Positions 1 to 12,671 are shown, numbered from the stretch's first letter. The stretch: DNA of 64,000 nucleotides from Mytilus trossulus (GCF_036588685.1 NC_086377.1:11718001-11782000), one strand, 5' to 3'. The notes: generated by a model not told the origin, from the letters alone. Program-made: numbers and translations.

Positions 1-867
1 ACCTTACGAAGTTACAAAATGAAGCATTCAATACTTATAATTACATTTCTTTTAGCTAGGATCATGAAAACACAGTTTTTATCAAGTTTTTTTTTAACTT
101 ACTTGTGCACTTTATTGTGGAACCTCGGCTTGTCATTATGCATGAGAAATTTTATTGTGTTATGAAGTTGATTAAGGAATAACGCGAGATTGCAATGTAG
201 CCAATCAAAATAACGTGTTATAATGAAACCTACATCTAGTGTAATTATATCTTCATGGCAATGGTTTAAACTTTGTTTTATATTATGTAAGATGTTGTAA
301 GATTGCCAATGACTAAATGTTATCCTCTGTATGTTGTCGCAAGGCCCTCAACAATGAGCCAGATTCATGTTTTGTTTCATAGTGAACATTTACGACACCC
401 CTGTTTGAAAGAGAGACATTTCAGAAGCAAAACCGATCCCAGAATTATTTTGCGATTTAAAAAAAAATAAAAAAAATTCAGATATCATTTTTGTACCAGA
501 AACAAAAGGAACCACGAAATGTTTAATTTTAATCTTTGACCAACCTGATGTTCCAAGTTTATTTTCCTCTATACTCCACAAAGAAATTATATTAAATGTG
601 AAAGAAGTGAAGAAAGTGTTTCGTGATTAATGTACTGACCCATTAAAGGGCATTTGAAGTATACAAATACGAGAAAGATATATTTGATTTGAATACCAAA
701 TATTCATCTCTCTTTCATTTATCTCTTTCTTATTTGTGTTACTTTTTATATAAATCATCACAGAAACAAGCTATTGGAACCATATTTAACGTATAACTCT
801 TATGAAAAAACTACACCTATTTGTCACTGCACGAACTCATTATTAAACTGAATTTTAATTTCAAGCA

Positions 868-987
868 CTGAGAAGGACTTCAATCTGTTATTTTTACGAA
901 TGTTTCTTTGATTTTGATTTAAACGTTCTGAGAAGGAATTCAATCTGTAATTTTTACGAATGTTTCCTTGAATTTGATTTAAACGTT
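868..987. repeat. Tandem duplication, 2 x 60 bp
   Basis: CTGAGAAGGA(C/A)TTCAATCTGT...GATTTAAACGTT occurs at 868-927 and 928-987 with few mismatches. Confidence 0.85.
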
Positions 988-1020
988 ATCCTGAAACACA
1001 AAAAGGCCATAAAAATGTGC

Positions 1021-1336
1021 TCCGGAATGTTCCGGACTGGATTGCAATTTCAAAATTGGGCATGGTAAGTGAGTCCGGAATATTCCGGAGTGGTCGGTGT
1101 CCGGAGCCCAGGTGACTCCGGAATATTCCGTACCAGTCCGGAATATTCCGGAGTAAGGGAATCGGGATTCATGTCCAGGTCCAGAATATTCCGGAGTGGT
1201 CCGGAATATTCCGGAGTGAGGGAATCGGGATTCACCTGGGTCCGGAATATTCCGGAGTGGTCCGGACAGATCCGGAGTGAGGGAACGGGGATTCAGTCGG
1301 AGGGAATCGGGATTCGGGCGGAGGGAGGATCCCCTG
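1021..1336. repeat. GC/CpG-rich array of the 16-bp palindrome TCCGGAATATTCCGGA with GGGAATCGGGATTC spacers
   Basis: About 8 perfect or near-perfect copies near 1021, 1074, 1117, 1137, 1180, 1200, 1241 and 1261. These account for the repetitive ORFs 1069-1746 and 1050-1235. Confidence 0.85.
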
Positions 1337-3631
1337 CAAAAAATTTAAGATTCAAGATTTTATTCATAACCTCAGACACATACTTGTGTACAAGAGGACA
1401 GTATATATACAAACATATTAAGATAATACATAACAAGACTGGACAAATGAAACACAAATACATAATATATTATAAAAAGACAATTGGTATAATTAGATTA
1501 AGTATTTTATACTTTTCTTTCGAAAAGAATCATTTATATACACAAGGAATTGTATATTTAAATATATATTATTCCTTGATATACCCAACCAATATACATG
1601 TATTGCATACATACAATGTAAATAGTATTAAAGTTTGTTTTTTCCGTAGCCTTTTTCAAAAGTATTGTCAAACATATTTCGCCGAGCGGAGCGAGGCAAA
1701 CATTTTTTTGAAGGGTTATGGAACCGCCGAAGGCCCAAGAAGTTAAAGACCTGCTGAGTTATTTATTTTCAATACATTACAAGTCAGGTAATTTATTTTC
1801 AAACTACCAAAGAACAAACCATTTATTTTTGTAATTATCAAGGCTAAGTTATTCATTTTCAAAATCCTCCTGGCCCCCCCCCCCCCCCCCCAGAATATCA
1901 AATGGTCGTCCCCTAAATAAGTACTAGGCATTTTTAAATAATGTTATAGTAATGTGCTGTCTATGCTGTCAATTTTCATTCAAAAGGTAGAAGAAATGCT
2001 TGTCTAATTTAAAACTGTTATATACAAAGACATATTTCTGAAGAGTGTATCATTCAATAATGTATACTTTTTGTATAATGAACTATTTTGTACATGCCTA
2101 CCCTTCCGGAGCACCTGATATAACCCCTAGTTTTTGGTGGGGTTCGTGTTGTTTATTCTTTAGTTTTCTGTGTTGTGTCATGTGTACTAATTTGACTGTC
2201 CCTTTGGTGTCTTTCGTCCCTCTTTTGTAACTACTAATGTAAATAATATGCTCCTGTTACGCAGTATTCTGCGGGTGAGTTTTCTTTAATAAACTAAACT
2301 AAACTTAGAAAAAGAGATAAAAATAACCAATTATGAACGAAACTATAGTGTGTAGCAGATATATTTTTTTTAGCAATCAACAGTAGTCATATATGTTTTA
2401 TTTTACATAAAAGTTGACGTGCTTTGTATTCGCGGTAGAATCCGCTACTCTTCTAGATGAGGGTACGGAATCGGCCGAGTAGAGACGAATTCTCTGAGCT
2501 GCGCCGGATAGAACTCGACCGAGATGCACGTAAACATAGCCAGTACTCCGGTACTGGAACAGGTCAGGACCACTACCTTATATGGAAATGCATAAATTAG
2601 CATACTTATGTTCTCGCACATGTAATTGTTTATTTACATGTGACGCAATTTATTTTTACCTAGGTTTTTGACCAATCCACTAAATGAGTCACAATGCATG
2701 ATGGACTACTACGTGTTTACAATCGACCAAGAACACGTGTTATTTACTGAAATACAACACATTTTTTCGTGCAATGCGGGATTCACAATTTCGCTTAGTT
2801 TTTCATTTTGTGTATCCTTATTTATAGTTCATGATATAAAGTATTACTTCCATACTCAGATTAACGAAGAGTTGTTTCTATGCGAAGAAAAAAGGGTTTG
2901 AATTACCCGATATATAGCCATTAACATGTTTGATGATGGCACAGATATTTCATGTATTTGTCCACCAGACAACAACGAAACAACAGCGAGAAAACACAAT
3001 TACCCATATGACAACTTACTAGTGTAAATAAAGTAAGCCGTCGATAACAGCCGGTGCTGATATTCATGGGTACAGCAATTTGTGTATAGATAATTGAAGG
3101 CTAATGTGTGATCCTTGAATTTTGTGTTCGTAAAAAAGGCGAAGAGGTATTTAAATACATCGCAGTGTTAACAAAATCTATAAGTATTTATTTTTTTCAC
3201 ATTTCAGTATATGGGACTTCCAAACTGTTCCCTTTGTTTTGAAGGTAGTAAAGGTCAGCAACTGTTGTTTCAGTTTGTTCGTTTTTTAACGGGCTCGGAC
3301 ATTTGCCAAACTGAATAAAATCATTACAGCTGATTTCTTATACCTGCAAAGTAAAACTTTGGTTGGCTTGCTTGCTTTGATTGTATAGTTGTTTATACAA
3401 GCTTTGAAAATAAGATCGACATCTTTAAACAATATACATGTATAGACATAGTTTAACTTGTATATTTTATATTTTGTACAATATACAAACAAAGCAAGCA
3501 AGCTAACCAAAGTTTTGCCCTACATGCATTAGGAAATAAGCTGTAATGGTGCTATCCATGTGTATGTGCGACAAGGTGGAAAATTTGATCTGTTTTGTGA
3601 AAATTGTAGCGTTGGCTCAATAATAAAATAA

Positions 3632-3888
3632 AAGAAGATGTGGTATGATTGCCAATGAAACAGCTTTCCACAGGAGACCAACATGACACAGAAACTAACA
3701 TTTATAGATCACCGTACGGCCTTCAACATGAGCAAAGCCCATACCGCATAGTCAGCTATAAAAGGCCCCGATATAACAATGTAAATCAATTCAAACGAGA
3801 AAACTAACGGCCTTAATTATATATAAAAAATGAACAAAAACAAATATGTAACACATAAACAAACGACAACCACTGAAATACAGGCTCA
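3632..3888 (+). mobile_element. Abundant interspersed repeat family (AAGAAGATGTGGTATGATTGCCAATGA... end)
   Basis: Homologous copies at about 3990-4110(-), 15950-16100(-), 20160-20440(+), 33590-33900(-), 35340-35805(-), 48455-48660(+), 54415-54830(+) and 61045-61330(-). Class not determined. Confidence 0.8.
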
Positions 3889-4276
3889 TATACAATTTAT
3901 TTTTTTATGGGATAGTTTTTTTCTCCTTTTATATATTTAAGTGGGCCATTTTGGTTTTTTTTTTTTTGTAAATTGTTTTACACAAGTAATTTTTGGGTCA
4001 TTTATGGCTTACTTTTCAGCATTGAACCTTTGACTGCTTACTTTACTAGATTATTTTTTTGTTGGAAAGATGTCTCATTTGGCACTCATACCTCATCTTC
4101 TTATTTCTATATACAAAGCACGTTTTAGAAGGAACAAAAATAGGTAATATGGCACCCACTATGATCCAGAGACTTTTAATATTGGAGATATTGTGTGATA
4201 AAACTAGCAACAAACGGATGTTATCGATTGTTGAAACTATAAAAAAAAATGTATTGAGCTATATACCGTACCCGCT

Positions 4277-4428
4277 CAGTGGCGTATCCAGGGGGCGGGG
4301 GTTCCGGGTTATGGACCCCACTTTTTTTGAAGGGTCAGTGCATTTGAATGGGGACATGTAGTTGGAACCCCCTCCCCTTTTGTCAAGGGTTAGGACCCGC
4401 CTTTTTGAAACGGCTGGATCCGCCCCTG
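4277..4428. mobile_element. Short GC-rich MITE
   Basis: Termini CAGTGGCGTATCCAG ... CTGGATCCGCCCCTG form imperfect inverted repeats. No clean TSD. Confidence 0.65.
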
Positions 4429-4760
4429 CCGATTTCATAACACCTATTTTTAGCATAATGAATATTATGATGTTCTTATTTTTAGTTCAGGTCTTGATAA
4501 AAAAAAAAATACACATTCAGTACAAAAAGAAGTGTTTCAATAAAAGTTTTCGTGTTTTTCTAGGCAGAAATGATTTTGGAATGACATAATATCGGTTTTA
4601 AAGATCTCAAATGATTTTCTTACTGGACAGTGGTCACTTCACTGGATATTTTACTGTTTCATGTCTTGAAATTAATGTAGGTTCAATTCATAACAATGCA
4701 CAAAACCGGTTCAACTACTTTTGCAAGGCGAAAAAGAACGTCGAATCGTGAAGCCAGTAA

Positions 4761-6171
4761 GGCCACACCAAATTAATTAGTAGTTCTTTGGAAAACCCGC
4801 ACCTAAATTGCCGAAATTAAAATAAAAAAATAAAAATAAATTTCCCGCACCTCACCTGCCAAAACCAAAAAATATAAATAAAAATAAAATTCCCGCACGT
4901 CGAAAATAAATCCGCATTTTCGACGAACTCGATTCCGGTATTAAAAAAACAACTTTATCAATTAAGCGTTTGAAAATATGCAGTGTTTGTCATTTGTCAA
5001 GCATATTTTTGATTCTGATCAAAAAAGTTGCAAAGATGGAAAACGTGCTGATTGTTTCTGTGGTGAAACATTCAGACAAAAATAACAACAAGGCATACAT
5101 ATTAAAAAATACGGCAACACAAACAAAATGTCGGACATTCAGGGAACTATATTAAGAAGCCATTGAACGATGTAGCGATGCACAAAGTGAGATTATTAAT
5201 ATTAAAACCATACAAATAAGTAAGTCGATCAGTTTCGATGATTCTAGTATCGAAATATCGGACGAAAATATGGTATGGTCAATATGTAATGACCTAAACT
5301 TTAAATATGTGCAGTTCACAATTGATGATGGATCTACTGCTACTAAAGATGCATCAAATTCAAAACCAAGTGGAATTGATGCATTTTCGGTACCTCATGA
5401 GCTCACAAAATGAGTTACACATGCCTGATAAACCTGTCCCCTTGTCTGGGAAACAGCTCACTGGGCCACAAAGACTTTACTCTGATATCATTGATTGGGC
5501 CTCAAACATTGACTCCATGATGCATCTGGTTGAAATCTTAGTTATAACATAGGCTTATAAATGTAGGTTATGTAGGTATTTCCATGTTGGTATGTTTTGG
5601 TGTAATTTATTTTCTGATATTTAATTGTAAAGTAGCACTAGCTAGAACCCCCAGTTTCCACTGTGCTATGATTGACTAGTTAGTGATCCATATGCTTAAA
5701 CACAAAACACACACCATGCAGTTATGTTACAAGAAGCTAGCTAGCATACTACAGAGGGTGTCTAAGGACCAGAAGGTGCATATACTACAGATGAAAGCAG
5801 TGCATATTAAAAGCAGATAGCCATATAAAGTTCATGCATAAAAAAATATGTTCAAAAGTGTATATTTGTGCAGTGTTAATTATACAAACAACAAAACAAA
5901 ATGAAAAAGAATGCAGAAAGTTGAAATACATATAAAAAGGGAGATAATTCAAATATATCAAATTATGTCCCCTTTCAATTAAGTGAGTTGAAAATTCAGT
6001 TGCATCTTTTAGGTAAAAGATATAAAAATTGAGAGAAAAAAAATATCGCTCGCTCCATATTTCTTCAAAATTTGAGGCGAAGAATTTAAAAATAAAAATC
6101 TAAATTTCGCTCGCTCGCCCCATTTTTTTTGGGTAAAATCTCAAAGAACCATTAATTAATTTGGTGTGGCC
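4761..6171. mobile_element. Non-autonomous PIF/Harbinger-like DNA transposon carrying a decayed ORF
   Basis: TIR GGCCACACCAAATTAATTA / TAATTAATTTGGTGTGGCC, flanked by TAA (4758-4760 and 6172-6174). A TWA TSD is typical of PIF/Harbinger. Confidence 0.8.
5036..5552 (+). pseudogene. Disrupted ~170-codon ORF inside the Harbinger-like element
   Basis: MENVLIVSVVK...FRELY, stop at 5153-5155, then EAIERCSD...GIDAFSV in the same frame, a +1 shift near 5393, then LMSSQNELHMPDKP...RLYSDIIDW. Confidence 0.55.
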
Positions 6172-6840
6172 TAAGCAATATTTTTTTAATCTGAGCATGC
6201 AAATTGAGGATTACGTTATATCTTTTACATTAAATATATTTGCAGAATAAACACATTGGTAATGAGAGTCCCAGACAATATATTAGTTGACTGTTTTCCC
6301 ACTAATTCCACGTGTTTTAAGTAGTAGTTTACTCGTAGTAGCCCACAATGCATTGTAGTTCATTGAGTCAATTGGTCAGTTTTTCAAGGCCATATTGGCC
6401 TTGTGTTTTGGAAATTACTATGCAAATATATTCTGACGTCAGAAAATCTAGAGTTCTCGACCTGTGGAATGAAAATACGGATTTTTTGTGTTATAAAATT
6501 TGCTGTTACAAAATATTAAAAAAAAAACATAATCAAGGATTGTATCTCCCTCATGCAAAGATCTGATTCCTTTCACAGATTTGGCAATACTTTTTGGAAC
6601 TTTTGGATTATAGCTCTTCATCTTTTAATATACGCTTTGGATTTTACATATTTTGGCCACGAGCATTATTGAAGAGACATGTATTGTCGAAATGCACATC
6701 TGGTGCAGAAAAGTTGGTACCGTTAATGTTATTACATACTTTGCATACATATTTTTCAAAAACAGATATATATAGCTTTTAACTTTGTTGTCATAACATC
6801 ACTGAAACACCGGTGTCACTACCCGCCAAAACCAGTGGCC

Positions 6841-7018
6841 ATGGCTCTATTAGTTCACATCTTTGCTGCAATTGTCGCTTTAAATCTTGTTGGACGAGCC
6901 GTTCTGGAAACGGACCAATCATATATATTTACTGATCTATTATGGGAGTTTGATAGTATGAAAAGGAGTTACCAGACTGTACAGTCTGATTTAGCAACAG
7001 TCAAATCGAGGCTTCAAA
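6841..7018 (+). CDS. C1q-domain-containing protein, exon 1 (signal peptide and short coiled coil)
   Basis: MALLVHIFAAIVALNLVGRA is a hydrophobic signal peptide followed by a heptad-like segment. A phase-1 GT donor at 7019 is compatible with the phase-1 acceptor at 8133-8134. The donor choice is inferred. Confidence 0.65.
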
Positions 7019-7669
7019 GTTTGCATCAACATATTTATATCGAAAGAGTATGGTATGATAAAAGACATAATTTGGTCGAACACAATTACTTTACCTTGAC
7101 AATAAGCTGCGAAAAATATTATTGGTGGGTTTGCCATATTTATATGATGTATGTAGTACCAAAACGTCACTTTGTGAAGTGTTAAAACATACTTATACAT
7201 TTCTACCTGAAGACGGATAAAAAGACCTCAAGAATAAAGATTTTTTTGTACGTTTTCTTTAAATTCTTTGAAAAACATGCAAATATTTGGACAACTAAAC
7301 CATTTGTTCAGCATGATATTTGAAATACTCATGTCCTATTAACGAGTTCAAGCGGTCAAATAAGTGGACTGATCATAACTTCTGTATTTTCTACACATTT
7401 CTTCTGGAACAGAATTCAAAGCAAAACTGTCCAATTTTATTTTGAAAACATGGGTTATCATTTATCTATGTCAGAAATATATGAATTTCTTATAGACTAT
7501 ATATCAAATCTCAGAAATTACAACATCAAAATATATTGATACTTAAGAAGACAAGGTCGGAATACAACATAAAATTTAATAAGTAAACATAATAAAAAGT
7601 TATCTATACAATATTTGTTGTAACCACCCATATGTAGATACACCACGTTATTTTTCACGGCTACTTTAA

Positions 7670-8063
7670 GGATGTACTTTTGGATTTTGGAATAAGTGTC
7701 AAATTTTCGAACTCCCAATCTTTTTCCATACGATACAAGGTAAAATATGTTGCCCTATAGCACCCATTTATCTTTTAACATAAGACGTAATTGCTCGTAA
7801 AAGGTCATTTGACAAAATTTAAGCAGATTCTCGATTTTCTTTCTTTTAAATTGAGACCCAAATTATACCAATGGAAATATAAGGTAAAGGTCCAAGTCAG
7901 CCGTTTCCCGCCATATTTTTTTAATCAAATATCTCGAACAGTAGCTCCAAGACCTATCCATACTTTAAGCTTATTTTGATCCTTAACTAATATTTCTCCT
8001 GCATAAAGTATCAATTTTGAATATTTGATCTATTTAATTACCTAAGATCAACTAAGTACATCC
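7670..8063. mobile_element. TTAA-type MITE in the C1q intron
   Basis: TIR GGATGTACTT / AAGTACATCC, flanked by TTAA and TAAA. Confidence 0.6.
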
Positions 8064-8134
8064 TAAATGTAAACTGACATGTATAGGCAGAGGAAAATAT
8101 GTCAAATGTCATTTTTATATTCTTTATGTTTTAG

Positions 8135-8531
8135 TTCCGGCCTTCTTAGCAGTGTGGACAGCAATTATTGATTATTTGAGGAGCAGTGATATAATCAAAT
8201 TTAACAAAGTTGTCACAAACATAGGCAATGATTATAGTCCCAGTACAGGAAAATTCAAAGCGCCAAAACAAGGTACCTACTTTTTTGGAGGTACAGTAAT
8301 GTCTGCTCCCCTAGTCCACTTAGTATGAAGTTGATGAAAAGTGGAACATCAATAATGAATCCCTATGCAAGCCAAACACAAGGAGATAGTTACACGTTTA
8401 CCGCCGTCTTGCAACTGAATGTAGGAGATACCGTTTATGTCGAGAAAGATAATAGACTGGGAGCGGAAAAGGCGTTTGGGCTTTCCCATTCTACATTATC
8501 TGGATTCATGATATCTGAACCTGAAAACTGA
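8135..8531 (+). pseudogene. C1q-domain-containing protein, exon 2 (gC1q domain) with a 1-bp frameshift (pseudogene or assembly error)
   Basis: After a TTTTAG acceptor it reads PAFLAV...IIKFNKVVTNIGNDYSPSTGKFKAPKQGTYFF (gC1q motif) and hits TGA at 8326. The domain resumes in another frame (SPLSMKLMKSG...LQLNVGDTVYV...STLSGFMI). Adding one C to the run at 8308-8311 restores the frame. Confidence 0.88.
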
Positions 8532-8681
8532 ACTGTCTGTACATAATATATTGGGATTTCCAAATGCAAATTATATTGCTTATTTCTACTGTAGCCAGTT
8601 ATAAGTTTAGTCAGTTAGTAAGTTTCCAGATAAACTGATGGCAAACTATCCAAAACTTCGAAACAAAAAATATTTAATAGT

Positions 8682-8910
8682 CACATGAGATAACAGACAT
8701 ATCAAAATACTACACATGAGATAACAGACATATCAAAATACTACACATGAGATAACAGAAGCATCAAATCACCACACATGAGATAACAGAAGTATCAAAT
8801 CACCACACATGAGATAACAGAAGTATCAAATCACCACAAATGAGATAACAGACATATCAAATCACCACACATGAGATAACAGAAGTATCAAATCACCACA
8901 CATGAGATAA
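8682..8910. repeat. 31-bp minisatellite, ~7 copies
   Basis: Unit CACATGAGATAACAGA(C/A)..ATCAAA.. starts at 8682, 8713, 8744 and onward. Confidence 0.9.
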
Positions 8911-10466
8911 TACCGAGTAAAAATATGTAAAGCATGTTATCTAGTCAGAAAATACTACATGTCCAATAAGCTAGAAGATCTGAACGGCATTTATTCATAT
9001 CGCAGTCTCTTTTCTAGCATTACATAAAATCATATTTTGCATATGAGTCCCCACAGCGCTCCCGTAACAAAACTTTTAACTAACGTTTAACGTTAGTAAT
9101 TTCTATGGTTTTTAAAGAAAACGAAGAAAAAAAAATAATTGTGCATTTTAAAACGGAGAAATGAAGCCAATATGATAAATTCCTAATAAAAAAGAAACGA
9201 AAGTATGCATTCGTTTGTATATTTGTCAATTCATTTCGATTACTAATGCGTTGGAAGGGTGTCTACCAAAATGTCACAAAAAGGCATCTTCAATTTTTTT
9301 CTAAAATGATAAAAACAAGTTGTTACAAATCTTTAGAAATAAGTGAAAACTGTATAATTAAGAACAAAATTTAAGCGATAATCGAAAATTCTCCAACCAA
9401 AGGAACATTTTAATATAAGTAGGATAAAGATTAATGTACAAATTATCAAAATACAGTGGTCACATGGTGGACTACCAAAATGTCACAGAGTCGCTTATTT
9501 GACGTTTTTGACGTTCACCATTACATGTAACCGTATTTTGCATTATGGCGTTTTTGAAATGTATTCGTTTTGTTATAAAAAACATCTAAAACTTAAATTC
9601 TGAATATACTTTTTCTTTCAAATGTTTTTTTTTCTTTCATGTCATTTTTTGTTAAAGCTAATGAAACAGAAACCCGACAACAACAAAATTATACATGTAT
9701 ATACAAAATTTAAATCTTCAGTGGAGATAACCGCCTCGAAGTACAACTAGCATATCATACATAATGGATATTCGTATCAATTAAAGTATTGAATATTGAA
9801 TTTGAACGTTGTGTATACATTATTGTGTTATTACATACATGTATACGAGTACAGACACACGGACACATCTCGATATGTAAACAATCAAATACGGAGATAT
9901 GTTATATACGTACAGCGAAATGGATATTAATATTTCCCAACATAGGTGTCTAGTATTTTTAAGTTGACTTGGTCACTAGTAAGACTTAAGTTCTAATGAC
10001 GAAGACAAATGCAATTATAGGTCATTGCATTGAAATCCTAGTAGAATCTGTTGCCGAATTTGGATATCAACAAATAATTATGAATTATTTTGAAAGTTGT
10101 CGTAGAAAGGGTCCACAGTATGCCGCAGGTGGACTTTTGAAAAATCAAGCAGATATTGCCGTTATATTCGCGGACAATTTCAGATATGTTCGGCTGTATA
10201 ACTGCTTTGATTCACGCAGTCACGATTAACAACACCATGGTCATATGCTTGCAAACTAAGAATTTCTAAATATGTAGAAGCCTTGAGCGTGACTATTGTT
10301 TATTTACTGATTCTAGTTGGCATTTCGTTGGAAGTCAAAGTAGACTGGTCAATTTTTTTTCAGTTTTATGTGATGATGAGGAAAATTGTCTATTCCTCCT
10401 TAAAACTACATCGGGGAGTCTATTATGTTATCAGGAGAAGAAACTAATGAGTAGGGGTCAACTTTC

Positions 10467-10643
10467 GGCATTCTTTTTCTTAAGGGGTCCCAACATTTAT
10501 TCTAGCATTACTAAACTATTTTAAACCCCAAATCTTTCCTTAACCCATACCTAACCCTAACCTAAAACATTCTCTTACCTAAACAATTACCATGAATGAA
10601 CCCTACCTCTAAAGTATAGGGACCCTTAAAGTAAAAAAAGGCC
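10467..10643. mobile_element. MITE with 8-bp TSD and internal telomere-like (CCTAAC)n
   Basis: TSD CAACTTTC at 10459-10466 and 10644-10651. Imperfect TIR GGC..TTTTT..TAAGGGGTCCC / GGGACCCTTAAAG..AAAAAGGCC. Internal CCTAACCCTAACCTAA. Confidence 0.7.
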
Positions 10644-11063
10644 CAACTTTCCCGGCCCTGAAGGAAGATCTGTAATAAATGGACATTATTTCATAAAAAA
10701 ACCATCACGGTTTACAAGACATTCTTTTGAAAAATCAAAAAAACAATTGCCCCAAGCGCTTCCGTATTGTATGTATGCCCAGACAATATTTTGAAAAGAA
10801 ATACGCTCGTTTGAACGGAAGAAGAGAATAAACATATTTTGAAATGTGTTAATTTATGTTAACTGCTTCATTAATATTCATTTGTCATTTATATTGTGTC
10901 ACGGCTTCGTAATGTATCACGGCACAGGATGAGAGCACTACATAGAACTTTCTCAATATTGATCCAATATTGTCCAAAGCAATAATATCTATTTAATACA
11001 TTGAAAAAAAATATTAATTAGAAATGTATGACGCGAGACGAGCTTTTTATACCAACCCCAATG

Positions 11064-11765
11064 TAGAAAAATAAACGCATAACAATATGCACATTAAAAT
11101 TCAGTTCAAGAGAAGTCCGAGTCTGATGTCAGAAGATGTAACTAAAGAAAATAAACAAAATGACAATAATACATAAATAACAACAGACTACTAGCAGTTA
11201 ACTGACATGCCAGCTCCAGACTTCAATTAAACTGACTGAAAGATTATGATTTCATCATATGAACATCAGGCACAATCCTTCCCGTTAGGGGTTTAGTATC
11301 ATACCATCATAACATATATGAGAAGAACATAACCCGTGTCATGCCAACAACTGTTTTTAGAATAAATGTCTTTAGTTCCGACGCAAAGACCTTATCAGTG
11401 ACTCAATATTAACGCCAAAATATGCAATCTTTAATGACTTGACAACAGTATCGTAATTATATCCCTTCTTAATCAGTCTATTTAAAGGTTTTGTAAGTTT
11501 CTGAGGTGAATACTGACACCTTTGTGCTTTATAAAGAATATTTCCATAAAAAATTGGATGTGAAATACCTGAACGTATAAAAAGTCTGCATGTTGAGCTA
11601 TATTTACGAATGATGTCTTTATACCGATGATAAAATTTAGTAAAAGTTTTGACTAGTTTGTGATATCGAAAACCCTGGTGTGATAATTTTTCAGTAATAC
11701 ACAAATTTCTCTCGTTAAAATCTAAAACATTGTTACAAACACGAGCGAATCGTACAAGTTGATAT
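11064..11765 (-). mobile_element. 5'-truncated Penelope-like retroelement (RT C-terminal region and 3' UTR)
   Basis: QLVRFARVCNNVLDFNERNLCITEKLSHQGFRYHKL resembles the 'SQLIRYARAC..DF..R...LT.KLL.QG' region found C-terminal to Penelope-type RTs (from family knowledge). Stop at 11372. The upstream part of the track ORF is unrelated sequence. Confidence 0.7.
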
Positions 11766-12081
11766 CCATTTGTTTGATGTGTTGACGCTTTTGTTATGCC
11801 ATTTGATTTCGACATTCTATTTTGAATTTTTATTTTTTCGCGGAGTTCGCTCCTTTTGTTATTAAGATTTTTCAAATTAACTTAATTTAATAATTCCGGA
11901 TGATCAACATCATCTAAAACATCAGGATTTTCACGTTATAGAGAATGCATGTTTAAGAGGTTTTTTTCGTAGAACACATCATGGGATGTCAGGATTGATC
12001 GAACGAAAGACCGACCGGAGGGAGGTATTTCTTAAGGCAATTCTGACAACCCGAAGTCTCTACTACGACTAGAAACACCTT

Positions 12082-12403
12082 AATAGTTATCAAAGGTACC
12101 AGGATTATAATTTACTACGCCAGACGCACGTTTCGTCTACATAAGAGTCATCAGTGACGCTCATATCAAAATACTTATAAAGCCGAAGTACAAAGTTGAA
12201 GAGCATTGAGGATCCAAATTCCAAAAAGTTGTGCCAAATACGGCTAAGGTAATCTTTGCCTGGAATAAGAAAATTTTTAGTTTTTGAAAAATTCAAAGTT
12301 TTGAAAACAGGAAATTTATAAAAATGACCACATTATTGATATTCATGTCAACACCGAAGTGTTAAATATGCATTGTCTAATCGTGGTACCTTTGATAACT
12401 ATT
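12082..12403 (-). mobile_element. Retrozyme-family copy with an inverted terminal fragment and a mutated hammerhead (12117-12160)
   Basis: Reverse complement of the 53323-53695 unit. The core reads CTGATGA-CTCT.TATGT.AGAC-GAAA (G10.1 changed to C). Perfect 20-bp inverted repeat at 12082-12101 and 12384-12403. Confidence 0.85.
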
Positions 12404-12671
12404 GATATATCGTAAAAAAATACGTTTAAAAAAAAATAAATATCATCAACAATGTTTTGCAGAATTACCATCCTATTTTACCGACCCCACAAAAGTGTTA
12501 TGTTCCTTTCTGATGTACTCAAGTTTAATACGCCCTTCGGCTCATTAAGATTGTGAAATACAAATATGTGTGTTTGTGTCGAGCAGTCTTTTCGATGTGA
12601 CAGAGCTATTAACAGTTTAGAAACTGTTGTGATACCGCTGAGAGATGTGGGTAGCTGTATTAACCGGTTCA

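Noticed and set aside
1069-1746. 225-aa ORF with PEYSG repeats
   Set aside because: Arises from the palindromic DNA array (the same peptide appears on both strands) and runs into AT-rich non-coding sequence.
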